Below are positions 36,601 through 49,929 of a stretch of DNA of 64,000 bases, one piece after another. The stretch is from Paramoeba atlantica (Eukaryota > Protista > Discosea): contig CDRNVI010000147.1 in NCBI GenBank assembly GCA_977017575.1, positions 1 through 64,000 of the forward strand, given 5' to 3'. The notes beneath the pieces are model-generated. The model worked only from the letters and a program-made list of their open reading frames with translations, ran no database searches and was not told the origin of the DNA. Numbering within the stretch: position 1 is the first letter of the stretch; every line of letters begins with the position of its first letter. The position numbers were made by a program, and so were the translations under genes.

Positions 36601-39600
36601 GTTGTACAGATAGTAGTCTCTACGTTATTAAAGTGCGGGCACACTGCGGGAATTCCTTCAATGAAAAAGCTGATGAAATAGCACGCAAAGCACAGAGAAC
36701 AGCTGCACGTCGTTTTTCATGCGTCATTCACACGCAAAGGGAGGGAAACAAATCTAATCACGGTCAAAAAAGGGAGCATGATCTCCAAGAAAAATCTCCA
36801 CACAAAGTGAATAATAATAATAATAATAACAAAAGACTATACACATGCAACTTTCAACGTACACTCTCCTTAGCGTGAATATCTTGAATCTCACAAATCC
36901 TACATGGTTTTCGGCTCTAGATCCTGGAAGAAGGTATGCCAGGACTTAGATACTACCACCTACAAAGTACTCGAAGGAATTGAAGAAGGCACGGACAATT
37001 CTCCTCTCTCAGCTGATTCCGAACACATATACGTAGATGGGGCTGTCAGTTCAGAAGCAGGAAAACCAGCCGCGGGTTCGGGGATAGTTATTGTTAATTC
37101 AAATGGTGTAAGAACCAGACAACACTTTTTACCACCGGAATGCACTTCACCGGATCGGGCTGAACTTCGCTCCTTTCTTTTAGGCATTCAGGCAGCTTCG
37201 TCTTCTACGAGGAACACAGTTATACATACTGATTCTCATTATGTATGGGACTGGTATCATAATGTTAGGGTTCGTTTTTCAATCATTGGACACGGTGGCA
37301 TGCCAAATGCTGACCTACTCACGCAGATACAAGGAGCAATTAAAGAGCGTTGTACAGATAGTAGTCTCTACGTTATTAAAGTGCGGGCACACTGCGGGAA
37401 TTCCTTCAATGAAAAAGCTGATGAAATAGCACGCAAAGCACAGAGAACAGCTGCACGTCGTTTTTCATGCGTCATTCACACGCAAAGGGAGGGAAACAAA
37501 TCTAATCACGGTCAAAAAAGGGAGCATGATCTCCAAGAAAAATCTCCACACAAAGTGAATAATAATAATAATAATAACAAAAGACTATACACATGCAACT
37601 TTCAACGTACACTCTCCTTAGCGTGAATATCTTGAATCTCACAAATCCTACATGGTTTTCGGCTCTAGATCCTGGAAGAAGGTATGCCAGGACTTAGATA
37701 CTACCACCTACAAAGTACTCGAAGGAATTGAAGAAGGCACGGACCATTCTCCTCTCTCAGCTGATTCCGAACACATATACGTAGATGGGGCTGTCAGTTC
37801 AGAAGCAGGAAAACCAGCCGCGGGTTCGGGGATAGTTATTGTTAATTCAAATGGTGTAAGAACCAGACAACACTTTTTACCACCGGAATGCACTTCACCG
37901 GATCGGGCTGAACTTCGCTCCTTTCTTTTAGGCATTCAGGCAGCTTCGTCTTCTACGAGGAACACAGTTATACATACTGATTCTCATTATGTATGGGACT
38001 GGTATCATAATGTTAGGGTTCGTTTTTCAATCATTGGACACGGTGGCATGCCAAATGCTGACCTACTCACACAGATACAAGGAGCAATTAAAGAGCGTTG
38101 TACAGATAGTAGTCTCTACGTTATTAAAGTGCGGGCACACTGCGGGAATTCCTTCAATGAAAAAGCTGATGAAATAGCACGCAAAGCACAGAGAACAGCT
38201 GCACGTCGTTTTTCATGCGTCATTCACACGCAAAGGGAGGGAAACAAATCTAATCACGGTCAAAAAAGGGAGCATGATCTCCAAGAAAAATCTCCACACA
38301 AAGTGAATAATAATAATAATAATAACAAAAGACTATACACATGCAACTTTCAACGTACACTCTCCTTAGCGTGAATATCTTGAATCTCACAAATCCTACA
38401 TGGTTTTCGGCTCTAGATCCTGGAAGAAGGTATGCCAGGACTTAGATACTACCACCTACAAAGTACTCGAAGGAATTGAAGAAGGCACAGACAATTCTCC
38501 TCTCTCAGCTGATTCCGAACACATATACGTAGATGGGGCTGTCAGTTCAGAAGCAGGAAAACCAGCCGCGGGTTCGGGGATAGTTATTGTTAATTCAAAT
38601 GGTGTAAGAACCAGACAACACTTTTTACCACCGGAATGCACTTCACCGGATCGGGCTGAACTTCGCTCCTTTCTTTTAGGCATTCAGGCAGCTTCGTCTT
38701 CTACGAGGAACACAGTTATACATACTGATTCTCATTATGTATGGGACTGGTATCATAATGTTAGGGTTCGTTTTTCAATCATTGGACACGGTGGCATGCC
38801 AAATGCTGACCTACTCACGCAGATACAAGGAGCAATTAAAGAGCGTTGTACAGATAGTAGTCTCTACGTTATTAAAGTGCGGGCACACTGCGGGAATTCC
38901 TTCAATGAAAAAGCTGATGAAATAGCACGCAAAGCACAGAGAACAGCTGCACGTCGTTTTTCATGCGTCATTCACACGCAAAGGGAGGGAAACAAATCTA
39001 ATCACGGTCAAAAAAGGGAGCATGATCTCCAAGAAAAATCTCCACACAAAGTGAATAATAATAATAATAATAACAAAAGACTATACACATGCAACTTTCA
39101 ACGTACACTCTCCTTAGCGTGAATATCTTGAATCTCACAAATCCTACATGGTTTTCGGCTCTAGATCCTGGAAGAAGGTATGCCAGGACTTAGATACTAC
39201 CACCTACAAAGTACTCGAAGGAATTGAAGAAGGCACGGACAATTCTCCTCTCTCAGCTGATTCCGAACACATATACGTAGATGGGGCTGTCAGTTCAGAA
39301 GCAGGAAAACCAGCCGCGGGTTCGGGGATAGTTATTGTTAATTCAAATGGTGTAAGAACCAGACAACACTTTTTACCACCGGAATGCACTTCACCGGATC
39401 GGGCTGAACTTCGCTCCTTTCTTTTAGGCATTCAGGCAGCTTCGTCTTCTACGAGGAACACAGTTATACATACTGATTCTCATTATGTATGGGACTGGTA
39501 TCATAATGTTAGGGTTCGTTTTTCAATCATTGGACACGGTGGCATGCCAAATGCTGACCTACTCACGCAGATACAAGGAGCAATTAAAGAGCGTTGTACA

Positions 39601-42600
39601 GATAGTAGTCTCTACGTTATTAAAGTGCGGGCACACTGCGGGAATTCCTTCAATGAAAAAGCTGATGAAATAGCACGCAAAGCACAGAGAACAGCTGCAC
39701 GTCGTTTTTCATGCGTCATTCACACGCAAAGGGAGGGAAACAAATCTAATCACGGTCAAAAAAGGGAGCATGATCTCCAAGAAAAATCTCCACACAAAGT
39801 GAATAATAATAATAATAATAACAAAAGACTATACACATGCAACTTTCAACGTACACTCTCCTTAGCGTGAATATCTTGAATCTCACAAATCCTACATGGT
39901 TTTCGGCTCTAGATCCTGGAAGAAGGTATGCCAGGACTTAGATACTACCACCTACAAAGTACTCGAAGGAATTGAAGAAGGCACGGACCATTCTCCTCTC
40001 TCAGCTGATTCCGAACACATATACGTAGATGGGGCTGTCAGTTCAGAAGCAGGAAAACCAGCCGCGGGTTCGGGGATAGTTATTGTTAATTCAAATGGTG
40101 TAAGAACCAGACAACACTTTTTACCACCGGAATGCACTTCACCGGATCGGGCTGAACTTCGCTCCTTTCTTTTAGGCATTCAGGCAGCTTCGTCTTCTAC
40201 GAGGAACACAGTTATACATACTGATTCTCATTATGTATGGGACTGGTATCATAATGTTAGGGTTCGTTTTTCAATCATTGGACACGGTGGCATGCCAAAT
40301 GCTGACCTACTCACGCAGATACAAGGAGCAATTAAAGAGCGTTGTACAGATAGTAGTCTCTACGTTATTAAAGTGCGGGCACACTGCGGGAATTCCTTCA
40401 ATGAAAAAGCTGATGAAATAGCACGCAAAGCACAGAGAACAGCTGCACGTCGTTTTTCATGCGTCATTCACACGCAAAGGGAGGGAAACAAATCTAATCA
40501 CGGTCAAAAAAGGGAGCATGATCTCCAAGAAAAATCTCCACACAAAGTGAATAATAATAATAATAATAACAAAAGACTATACACATGCAACTTTCAACGT
40601 ACACTCTCCTTAGCGTGAATATCTTGAATCTCACAAATCCTACATGGTTTTCGGCTCTAGATCCTGGAAGAAGGTATGCCAGGACTTAGATACTACCACC
40701 TACAAAGTACTCGAAGGAATTGAAGAAGGCACGGACAATTCTCCTCTCTCAGCTGATTCCGAACACATATACGTAGATGGGGCTGTCAGTTCAGAAGCAG
40801 GAAAACCAGCCGCGGGTTCGGGGATAGTTATTGTTAATTCAAATGGTGTAAGAACCAGACAACACTTTTTACCACCGGAATGCACTTCACCGGATCGGGC
40901 TGAACTTCGCTCCTTTCTTTTAGGCATTCAGGCAGCTTCGTCTTCTACGAGGAACACAGTTATACATACTGATTCTCATTATGTATGGGACTGGTATCAT
41001 AATGTTAGGGTTCGTTTTTCAATCATTGGACACGGTGGCATGCCAAATGCTGACCTACTCACGCAGATACAAGGAGCAATTAAAGAGCGTTGTACAGATA
41101 GTAGTCTCTACGTTATTAAAGTGCGGGCACACTGCGGGAATTCCTTCAATGAAAAAGCTGATGAAATAGCACGCAAAGCACAGAGAACAGCTGCACGTCG
41201 TTTTTCATGCGTCATTCACACGCAAAGGGAGGGAAACAAATCTAATCACGGTCAAAAAAGGGAGCATGATCTCCAAGAAAAATCTCCACACAAAGTGAAT
41301 AATAATAATAATAATAACAAAAGACTATACACATGCAACTTTCAACGTACACTCTCCTTAGCGTGAATATCTTGAATCTCACAAATCCTACATGGTTTTC
41401 GGCTCTAGATCCTGGAAGAAGGTATGCCAGGACTTAGATACTACCACCTACAAAGTACTCGAAGGAATTGAAGAAGGCACGGACCATTCTCCTCTCTCAG
41501 CTGATTCCGAACACATATACGTAGATGGGGCTGTCAGTTCAGAAGCAGGAAAACCAGCCGCGGGTTCGGGGATAGTTATTGTTAATTCAAATGGTGTAAG
41601 AACCAGACAACACTTTTTACCACCGGAATGCACTTCACCGGATCGGGCTGAACTTCGCTCCTTTCTTTTAGGCATTCAGGCAGCTTCGTCTTCTACGAGG
41701 AACACAGTTATACATACTGATTCTCATTATGTATGGGACTGGTATCATAATGTTAGGGTTCGTTTTTCAATCATTGGACACGGTGGCATGCCAAATGCTG
41801 ACCTACTCACGCAGATACAAGGAGCAATTAAAGAGCGTTGTACAGATAGTAGTCTCTACGTTATTAAAGTGCGGGCACACTGCGGGAATTCCTTCAATGA
41901 AAAAGCTGATGAAATAGCACGCAAAGCACAGAGAACAGCTGCACGTCGTTTTTCATGCGTCATTCACACGCAAAGGGAGGGAAACAAATCTAATCACGGT
42001 CAAAAAAGGGAGCATGATCTCCAAGAAAAATCTCCACACAAAGTGAATAATAATAATAATAATAACAAAAGACTATACACATGCAACTTTCAACGTACAC
42101 TCTCCTTAGCGTGAATATCTTGAATCTCACAAATCCTACATGGTTTTCGGCTCTAGATCCTGGAAGAAGGTATGCCAGGACTTAGATACTACCACCTACA
42201 AAGTACTCGAAGGAATTGAAGAAGGCACAGACAATTCTCCTCTCTCAGCTGATTCCGAACACATATACGTAGATGGGGCTGTCAGTTCAGAAGCAGGAAA
42301 ACCAGCCGCGGGTTCGGGGATAGTTATTGTTAATTCAAATGGTGTAAGAACCAGACAACACTTTTTACCACCGGAATGCACTTCACCGGATCGGGCTGAA
42401 CTTCGCTCCTTTCTTTTAGGCATTCAGGCAGCTTCGTCTTCTACGAGGAACACAGTTATACATACTGATTCTCATTATGTATGGGACTGGTATCATAATG
42501 TTAGGGTTCGTTTTTCAATCATTGGACACGGTGGCATGCCAAATGCTGACCTACTCACGCAGATACAAGGAGCAATTAAAGAGCGTTGTACAGATAGTAG

Positions 42601-45600
42601 TCTCTACGTTATTAAAGTGCGGGCACACTGCGGGAATTCCTTCAATGAAAAAGCTGATGAAATAGCACGCAAAGCACAGAGAACAGCTGCACGTCGTTTT
42701 TCATGCGTCATTCACACGCAAAGGGAGGGAAACAAATCTAATCACGGTCAAAAAAGGGAGCATGATCTCCAAGAAAAATCTCCACACAAAGTGAATAATA
42801 ATAATAATAATAACAAAAGACTATACACATGCAACTTTCAACGTACACTCTCCTTAGCGTGAATATCTTGAATCTCACAAATCCTACATGGTTTTCGGCT
42901 CTAGATCCTGGAAGAAGGTATGCCAGGACTTAGATACTACCACCTACAAAGTACTCGAAGGAATTGAAGAAGGCACGGACCATTCTCCTCTCTCAGCTGA
43001 TTCCGAACACATATACGTAGATGGGGCTGTCAGTTCAGAAGCAGGAAAACCAGCCGCGGGTTCGGGGATAGTTATTGTTAATTCAAATGGTGTAAGAACC
43101 AGACAACACGTTTTACCACCGGAATGCACTTCACCGGATCGGGCTGAACTTCGCTCCTTTCGTTTAGGCATTCAGGCAGCTTCGTCTTCTACGAGGAACA
43201 CAGTTATACATACTGATTCTCATTATGTATGGGACTGGTATCATAATGTTAGGGTTCGTTTTTCAATCATTGGATACGGTGGCATGCCAAATGCTGACCT
43301 ACTCACGCAGATACAAGGAGCAATTAAAGAGCGTTGTACAGATAGTAGTCTCTACGTTATTAAAGTGCGGGCACACTGCTGGAATTCCTTCAATGAAAAA
43401 GCTGATGAAATAGCACGCAAAGCACAGAGAACAGCTGCACGTCGTTTTTCATGCGTCATTCACACGCAAAGGGAGGGAAACAAATCTAATCACGGTCAAA
43501 AAAGGGAGCATGATCTCCAAGAAAAATCTCCACACAAAGTGAATAATAATAATAATAATAACAAAAGACTATACACATGCAACTTTCAACGTACACTCTC
43601 CTTAGCGTGAATATCTTGAATCTCACAAATCCTACATGGTTTTCGGCTCTAGATCCTGGAAGAAGGTATGCCAGGACTTAGATACTACCACCTACAAAGT
43701 ACTCGAAGGAATTGAAGAAGGCACGGACAATTCTCCTCTCTCAGCTGATTCCGAACACATATACGTAGATGGGGCTGTCAGTTCAGAAGCAGGAAAACCA
43801 GCCGCGGGTTCGGGGATAGTTATTGTTAATTCAAATGGTGTAAGAACCAGACAACACTTTTTACCACCGGAATGCACTTCACCGGATCGGGCTGAACTTC
43901 GCTCCTTTCTTTTAGGCATTCAGGCAGCTTCGTCTTCTACGAGGAACACAGTTATACATACTGATTCTCATTATGTATGGGACTGGTATCATAATGTTAG
44001 GGTTCGTTTTTCAATCATTGGACACGGTGGCATGCCAAATGCTGACCTACTCACGCAGATACAAGGAGCAATTAAAGAGCGTTGTACAGATAGTAGTCTC
44101 TACGTTATTAAAGTGCGGGCACACTGCGGGAATTCCTTCAATGAAAAAGCTGATGAAATAGCACGCAAAGCACAGAGAACAGCTGCACGTCGTTTTTCAT
44201 GCGTCATTCACACGCAAAGGGAGGGAAACAAATCTAATCACGGTCAAAAAAGGGAGCATGATCTCCAAGAAAAATCTCCACACAAAGTGAATAATAATAA
44301 TAATAATAACAAAAGACTATACACATGCAACTTTCAACGTACACTCTCCTTAGCGTGAATATCTTGAATCTCACAAATCCTACATGGTTTTCGGCTCTAG
44401 ATCCTGGAAGAAGGTATGCCAGGACTTAGATACTACCACCTACAAAGTACTCGAAGGAATTGAAGAAGGCACGGACCATTCTCCTCTCTCAGCTGATTCC
44501 GAACACATATACGTAGATGGGGCTGTCAGTTCAGAAGCAGGAAAACCAGCCGCGGGTTCGGGGATAGTTATTGTTAATTCAAATGGTGTAAGAACCAGAC
44601 AACACTTTTTACCACCGGAATGCACTTCACCGGATCGGGCTGAACTTCGCTCCTTTCTTTTAGGCATTCAGGCAGCTTCGTCTTCTACGAGGAACACAGT
44701 TATACATACTGATTCTCATTATGTATGGGACTGGTATCATAATGTTAGGGTTCGTTTTTCAATCATTGGACACGGTGGCATGCCAAATGCTGACCTACTC
44801 ACGCAGATACAAGGAGCAATTAAAGAGCGTTGTACAGATAGTAGTCTCTACGTTATTAAAGTGCGGGCACACTGCGGGAATTCCTTCAATGAAAAAGCTG
44901 ATGAAATAGCACGCAAAGCACAGAGAACAGCTGCACGTCGTTTTTCATGCGTCATTCACACGCAAAGGGAGGGAAACAAATCTAATCACGGTCAAAAAAG
45001 GGAGCATGATCTCCAAGAAAAATCTCCACACAAAGTGAATAATAATAATAATAATAACAAAAGACTATACACATGCAACTTTCAACGTACACTCTCCTTA
45101 GCGTGAATATCTTGAATCTCACAAATCCTACATGGTTTTCGGCTCTAGATCCTGGAAGAAGGTATGCCAGGACTTAGATACTACCACCTACAAAGTACTC
45201 GAAGGAATTGAAGAAGGCACAGACAATTCTCCTCTCTCAGCTGATTCCGAACACATATACGTAGATGGGGCTGTCAGTTCAGAAGCAGGAAAACCAGCCG
45301 CGGGTTCGGGGATAGTTATTGTTAATTCAAATGGTGTAAGAACCAGACAACACTTTTTACCACCGGAATGCACTTCACCGGATCGGGCTGAACTTCGCTC
45401 CTTTCTTTTAGGCATTCAGGCAGCTTCGTCTTCTACGAGGAACACAGTTATACATACTGATTCTCATTATGTATGGGACTGGTATCATAATGTTAGGGTT
45501 CGTTTTTCAATCATTGGACACGGTGGCATGCCAAATGCTGACCTACTCACGCAGATACAAGGAGCAATTAAAGAGCGTTGTACAGATAGTAGTCTCTACG

Positions 45601-46924
45601 TTATTAAAGTGCGGGCACACTGCGGGAATTCCTTCAATGAAAAAGCTGATGAAATAGCACGCAAAGCACAGAGAACAGCTGCACGTCGTTTTTCATGCGT
45701 CATTCACACGCAAAGGGAGGGAAACAAATCTAATCACGGTCAAAAAAGGGAGCATGATCTCCAAGAAAAATCTCCACACAAAGTGAATAATAATAATAAT
45801 AATAACAAAAGACTATACACATGCAACTTTCAACGTACACTCTCCTTAGCGTGAATATCTTGAATCTCACAAATCCTACATGGTTTTCGGCTCTAGATCC
45901 TGGAAGAAGGTATGCCAGGACTTAGATACTACCACCTACAAAGTACTCGAAGGAATTGAAGAAGGCACGGACCATTCTCCTCTCTCAGCTGATTCCGAAC
46001 ACATATACGTAGATGGGGCTGTCAGTTCAGAAGCAGGAAAACCAGCCGCGGGTTCGGGGATAGTTATTGTTAATTCAAATGGTGTAAGAACCAGACAACA
46101 CGTTTTACCACCGGAATGCACTTCACCGGATCGGGCTGAACTTCGCTCCTTTCTTTTAGGCATTCAGGCAGCTTCGTCTTCTACGAGGAACACAGTTATA
46201 CATACTGATTCTCATTATGTATGGGACTGGTATCATAATGTTAGGGTTCGTTTTTCAATCATTGGATACGGTGGCATGCCAAATGCTGACCTACTCACGC
46301 AGATACAAGGAGCAATTAAAGAGCGTTGTACAGATAGTAGTCTCTACGTTATTAAAGTGCGGGCACACTGCGGGAATTCCTTCAATAAAAAAGCTGATGA
46401 AATAGCACGCAAAGCACAGAGAACAGCTGCACGTCGTTTTTCATGCGTCATTCACACGCAAAGGGAGGGAAACAAATCTAATCACGGTCAAAAAAGGGAG
46501 CATGATCTCCAAGAAAAATCTCCACACAAAGTGAATATGTAAAAAGGGAAACTGAAAAATACAGAAGAAGGCAGCACAGTCAGGATTGCTCGTTCACTCA
46601 ACCCAGAAGCTAATACCGGGGATCCAGTAACGTTTTCTCAGTACAAGACATCACGGGGTAGACTGACGAATGCCCCCATTTTTGTGAAGAAAAGCCGCTA
46701 TATGTAATCGAAATTTGCTGTGTATAACTTTGCGCATTAATCTGGAACGCTTATTTTCAGGAGTGTTATGTCCTCTTGGTACATTTATTTATCAACGCGT
46801 TAATAATATTCTGGAGCATTTATGTATATTTCATTGCTAAATATCCGTACTCATACGAAAACACTGAGTGGGGTACGAAAACACTGAGTGGGGATAGTAT
46901 ACGGTGGTTTATTTGGCAAGCAGA
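29869..46924 (+). repeat. 748-bp tandem array, 22 copies of a LINE RNase H domain, with two longer terminal-type units (31365-32440, 45849-46924)
   Basis: Unit start GCGTGAATATC at 29869 and 30617. ORF starts step by 748 from 33164 to 45880 (18 copies), plus copies at 29900, 30648, 31396 and 32441 (partial). Confidence 0.97.
30648..31370 (+). CDS. Representative 240-aa stand-alone RNase H1-like ORF, present in most array units
   Basis: D(YVDG)-E(RAEL)-D(HTDS)-H(RAHCG)-D(KADE) intact. Whether it is expressed is unknown. Confidence 0.55.
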   Translation: MVFGSRSWKKVCQDLDTTTYKVLEGIEEGTDHSPLSADSEHIYVDGAVSSEAGKPAAGSGIVIVNSNGVRTRQHVLPPECTSPDRAELRSFLLGIQAASSSTRNTVIHTDSHYVWDWYHNVRVRFSIIGHGGMPNADLLTQIQGAIKERCTDSSLYVIKVRAHCGNSFNEKADEIARKAQRTAARRFSCVIHTQREGNKSNHGQKREHDLQEKSPHKVNNNNNNNKRLYTCNFQRTLSLA

Positions 46925-47185
46925 GAACAAGTTGGCGCTGAGTTGCTCTTCGGGCATATGACGCGGCAATGAAGGCAAGAACTTGCGTACTGCTTAACCC
47001 TTGGTACCGCGTTGAATATCGATGGTGAAATATTGAGCTGAAAATGGCTAATTGTAAGATTGTTCTGGTTTGCTTGTGCTCGTTTGTACACGTTTTCTCC
47101 TAATTGCAAAAGAGGATAGGTCTCCTACCTCCATTCGCATAATCCGCGGTTTTGCCTATTCGTGATGTGGATAGATGTTTCAGTG

Positions 47186-47245
47186 CGCTAAGGAGAGTGT
47201 ACGTTGAAAGTTGCATGTGTATAGTCTTTTGTTATTATTATTATT
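47186..47245 (-). repeat. Inverted single-copy counterpart of the ~60-bp tail of each 748-bp unit
   Basis: Reverse complement AATAATAATAATAACAAAAGACTATACACATGCAACTTTCAACGTACACTCTCCTTAGCG equals the unit tail apart from AAT copy number. Confidence 0.93.
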
Positions 47246-47279
47246 GATGGATTTGCGTTGCGCGATCCGAGGTTTTTGA

Positions 47280-48444
47280 TTTTACAGCTGATAACGGTGT
47301 CAGAAATGCCCAATCACATAGTAAAATAATTTTTCATATACCATCCCAGAACTCACAAAAGGATAACGATAGCAATGACACTTGTCCCCTCGAAACCAGC
47401 AAAGCCTCAAAGTAAAAAAGAACAGTTCCCGGATCAATTATTGTATACGCGCCAATTGTTGTCAAACGTGATGAAGAATCAATGCAGAAGTAGCAGTATC
47501 TAATATATTCGAAAGGACCTAATATATTCGAAGGCAACTAATCAATACTTATTTGTACGGAGATATACGTGTGGTAGTGAACTCTTTTAGAGTCGTAAAC
47601 TCCCAATCCACTTTTCATCGGTGATGTAATCTCGGAGTTGAGACACTACCGTGTAAGCCGATAGCTTTTCAAGTTCCAGCTGAAAAGCCTCACGCACGTT
47701 TTCATATTTTCGATTCGCGCGCTGAGCCAACGCCTTTAATAGTTGTTTTGTGTCGTTGTGCAACACACCACAATCTGAGGCGGCGATGCAACGAAATGCC
47801 TCACTGTCCACACCTTTCTCTGTCACATATTTCTTGAACTTAAATATTAAAGATCTTAAATATTAAGAGATCTACATACATTCATATCCCCCCCAATAGA
47901 GAAATATTAAGAGATCTACTGAACTTCCTTTCCTGGGCTTGCTGCAGTAGGTAGTTGCTTGTTTGTTTCTTGTAATAAAAAAACAAAAATTTGTAGCTTG
48001 TAACTGTTGCAGCAAGTGTGAACCACTGTGAAATCATAGAGGACTTCTCCCATATGGGGCCACATGATAGCGAGGTCGGGGCCAGATCGAATCCTGCGCG
48101 CCTTACATGGATGTTGGTCAGAAACCTCCGCAGAAATAGAGCATTTACACTTTGTACAATAAAATGAGGAGTGAATTCGCGGTTCGATAACACACGGAAG
48201 TCCTGCCTTCGCGCACAAGTCAGCTAGATAGCGCACGATGTGAGAGTGTTTACGAGTGCAGTTCATACCTGAGCATCTCGAGCATCCTGCGATATGTGGA
48301 ATAATACTAGAAGATGTTTCTGGACCACAGCATCCCGGGCATACGACGTTTATTGGCGCTTTCGGTAGACTTATTCCAAGTCGCATCATTAGGGTGTAGC
48401 GGAAAAGGTAAGGATTCACATAGTTATTCGTACTCTCTAAATGT
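47280..48444 (-). pseudogene. 5'-truncated CRE-like element 3' end (CCHC + REL + 3' UTR), disrupted by two small insertions
   Basis: HLESTNNYVNPYLFRY...CPGCC...PHIAGC...SGPDLAIMW...LYDFTVVH, closely similar to the 50186 ORF C-terminus. Shares a 3'-UTR motif with 53968-53998. Confidence 0.88.
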
Positions 48445-49795
48445 CCGAGGCAGCGCACATGCAAATCGCCGCGATTGAAGTCGTGAAGTCACAAAACTTT
48501 GATATGCCTTTTTCTGAAAACCGAAAGCTGAGACCACGCGCAGCACGCAGCGGCGCGCCAAAGTGGATTTATGCACTCGTGAGTGCGCGCTCCGAATGTT
48601 GATGGATTTGCGTTGCGCGATTCGAGGCAGCGCACACATCGCGCAAATCGCCGCGATTGAAGTCGTGAAGTCACAAAACTTTGATATACATTTTTCTGAA
48701 AACCAAAAACTGAGACCACGCGCAGCACGCAGCGGCGCGCCAAAGTGGATTTATGCACTCGTGAGTGCGCGCTCCGAATGTTGATGGATTTGCGTTGCGT
48801 GATCCGAGGCAGCGCACATGCAAATCGCCGCGATTGAAGTCGTGAAGTCACAAAACTTTGATATGCCTTTTTCTGAAAACCGAAAGCTGAGACCACGCGC
48901 AGCACGCAGCGGCGCGCCAAAGTGGATTTATGCACTCGTGAGTGTGCGCTCCGAATGTTTATGGATTTGCGTTGCGCGATTCGAGGCAGCGCACACATCG
49001 CGCAAATCGCCGCGATTGAAGTCGTGAAGTCACAAAACTTTGATATACATTTTTCTGAAAACCAAAAACTGAGACCACGCGCAGCACGCAGCGGCGCGCC
49101 AAAGTGGATTTATGCACTCGTGAGTGCGCGCTCCGAATGTTGATGGATTTGCGTTGCGCGATCCGAGGCACCGCACACGCAAATCGCCGCGATTGAAGTT
49201 GTGAAGTCACAAAACTTTGATATGCCTTTTTCTGAAAGCCGAAAGCTGAGACCACGCGCAGGAGCAACGGTGCGCCAAAGTGGATTTATGCACTCGTGAG
49301 TGCGCATTCCGAATGTTGATGGATTTGCATTGCGTGATCCGAGGCACCGCACACGCAAATCGCCGCGATTGAAGTCGTGAAGTCACAAAACTTTGATATA
49401 CATTTTTCTGAAAACCAAAAACTGAGACCACGCGCAGCACGCAGCGGCGCGCCAAAGTGGATTTATGCACTCGTGAGTGCGCGCTCCGAATGTTGATGGA
49501 TTTGCGTTGCGCGATCCGAGGCACCGCACACGCAAATCGCCGCGATTGAAGTTGTGAAGTCACAAAACTTTGATATGCCTTTTTCTGAAAACCGAAAGCT
49601 GAGACCACGCGCAGCACGCAGCGGCGCGCCAAAGTGGATTTATGCACTCGTGAGTGTGCGCTCCGAATGTTGATGGATTTGCGTTGCGTGATCCGAGGCA
49701 CCGCACACGCAAATCGCCGCGATTGAAGGCGTGAAGTCGCAAAACTTTGATGCGCCTTTTTCTGAAAACCGAAAGCTGAGACCACGCGCAGCACT
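48445..49795. repeat. ~177-bp GC-rich satellite, ~7.5 units (182,177,182,177,176,177,177 bp)
   Basis: GCAAATCGCC anchors at 48461, 48643, 48820, 49002, 49179, 49355, 49532 and 49709. Confidence 0.95.
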
Positions 49796-49929
49796 CGTGC
49801 AACCGGTATGATTCCAGAGTTCGCGTTTCAATGTCTTCCGATCTTTTCTTGCGGTTCTCTCCACCAGAACACAAGATTTCTGATACATGCACTTGCGGAT
49901 GCAAAGGGCACAGTTGTAGGCACAGTTGT

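Noticed and set aside
29956-46405. Recurrent 75-aa (minus) and 62-aa (plus) ORFs in each 748-bp unit
   Set aside because: Alternate-frame shadows of the RNase H ORF, repeated only because the unit is repeated.
48445-49795. Homology to the Trypanosoma brucei 177-bp repeat
   Set aside because: Only the length coincides; that repeat is AT-rich whereas this one is GC-rich.
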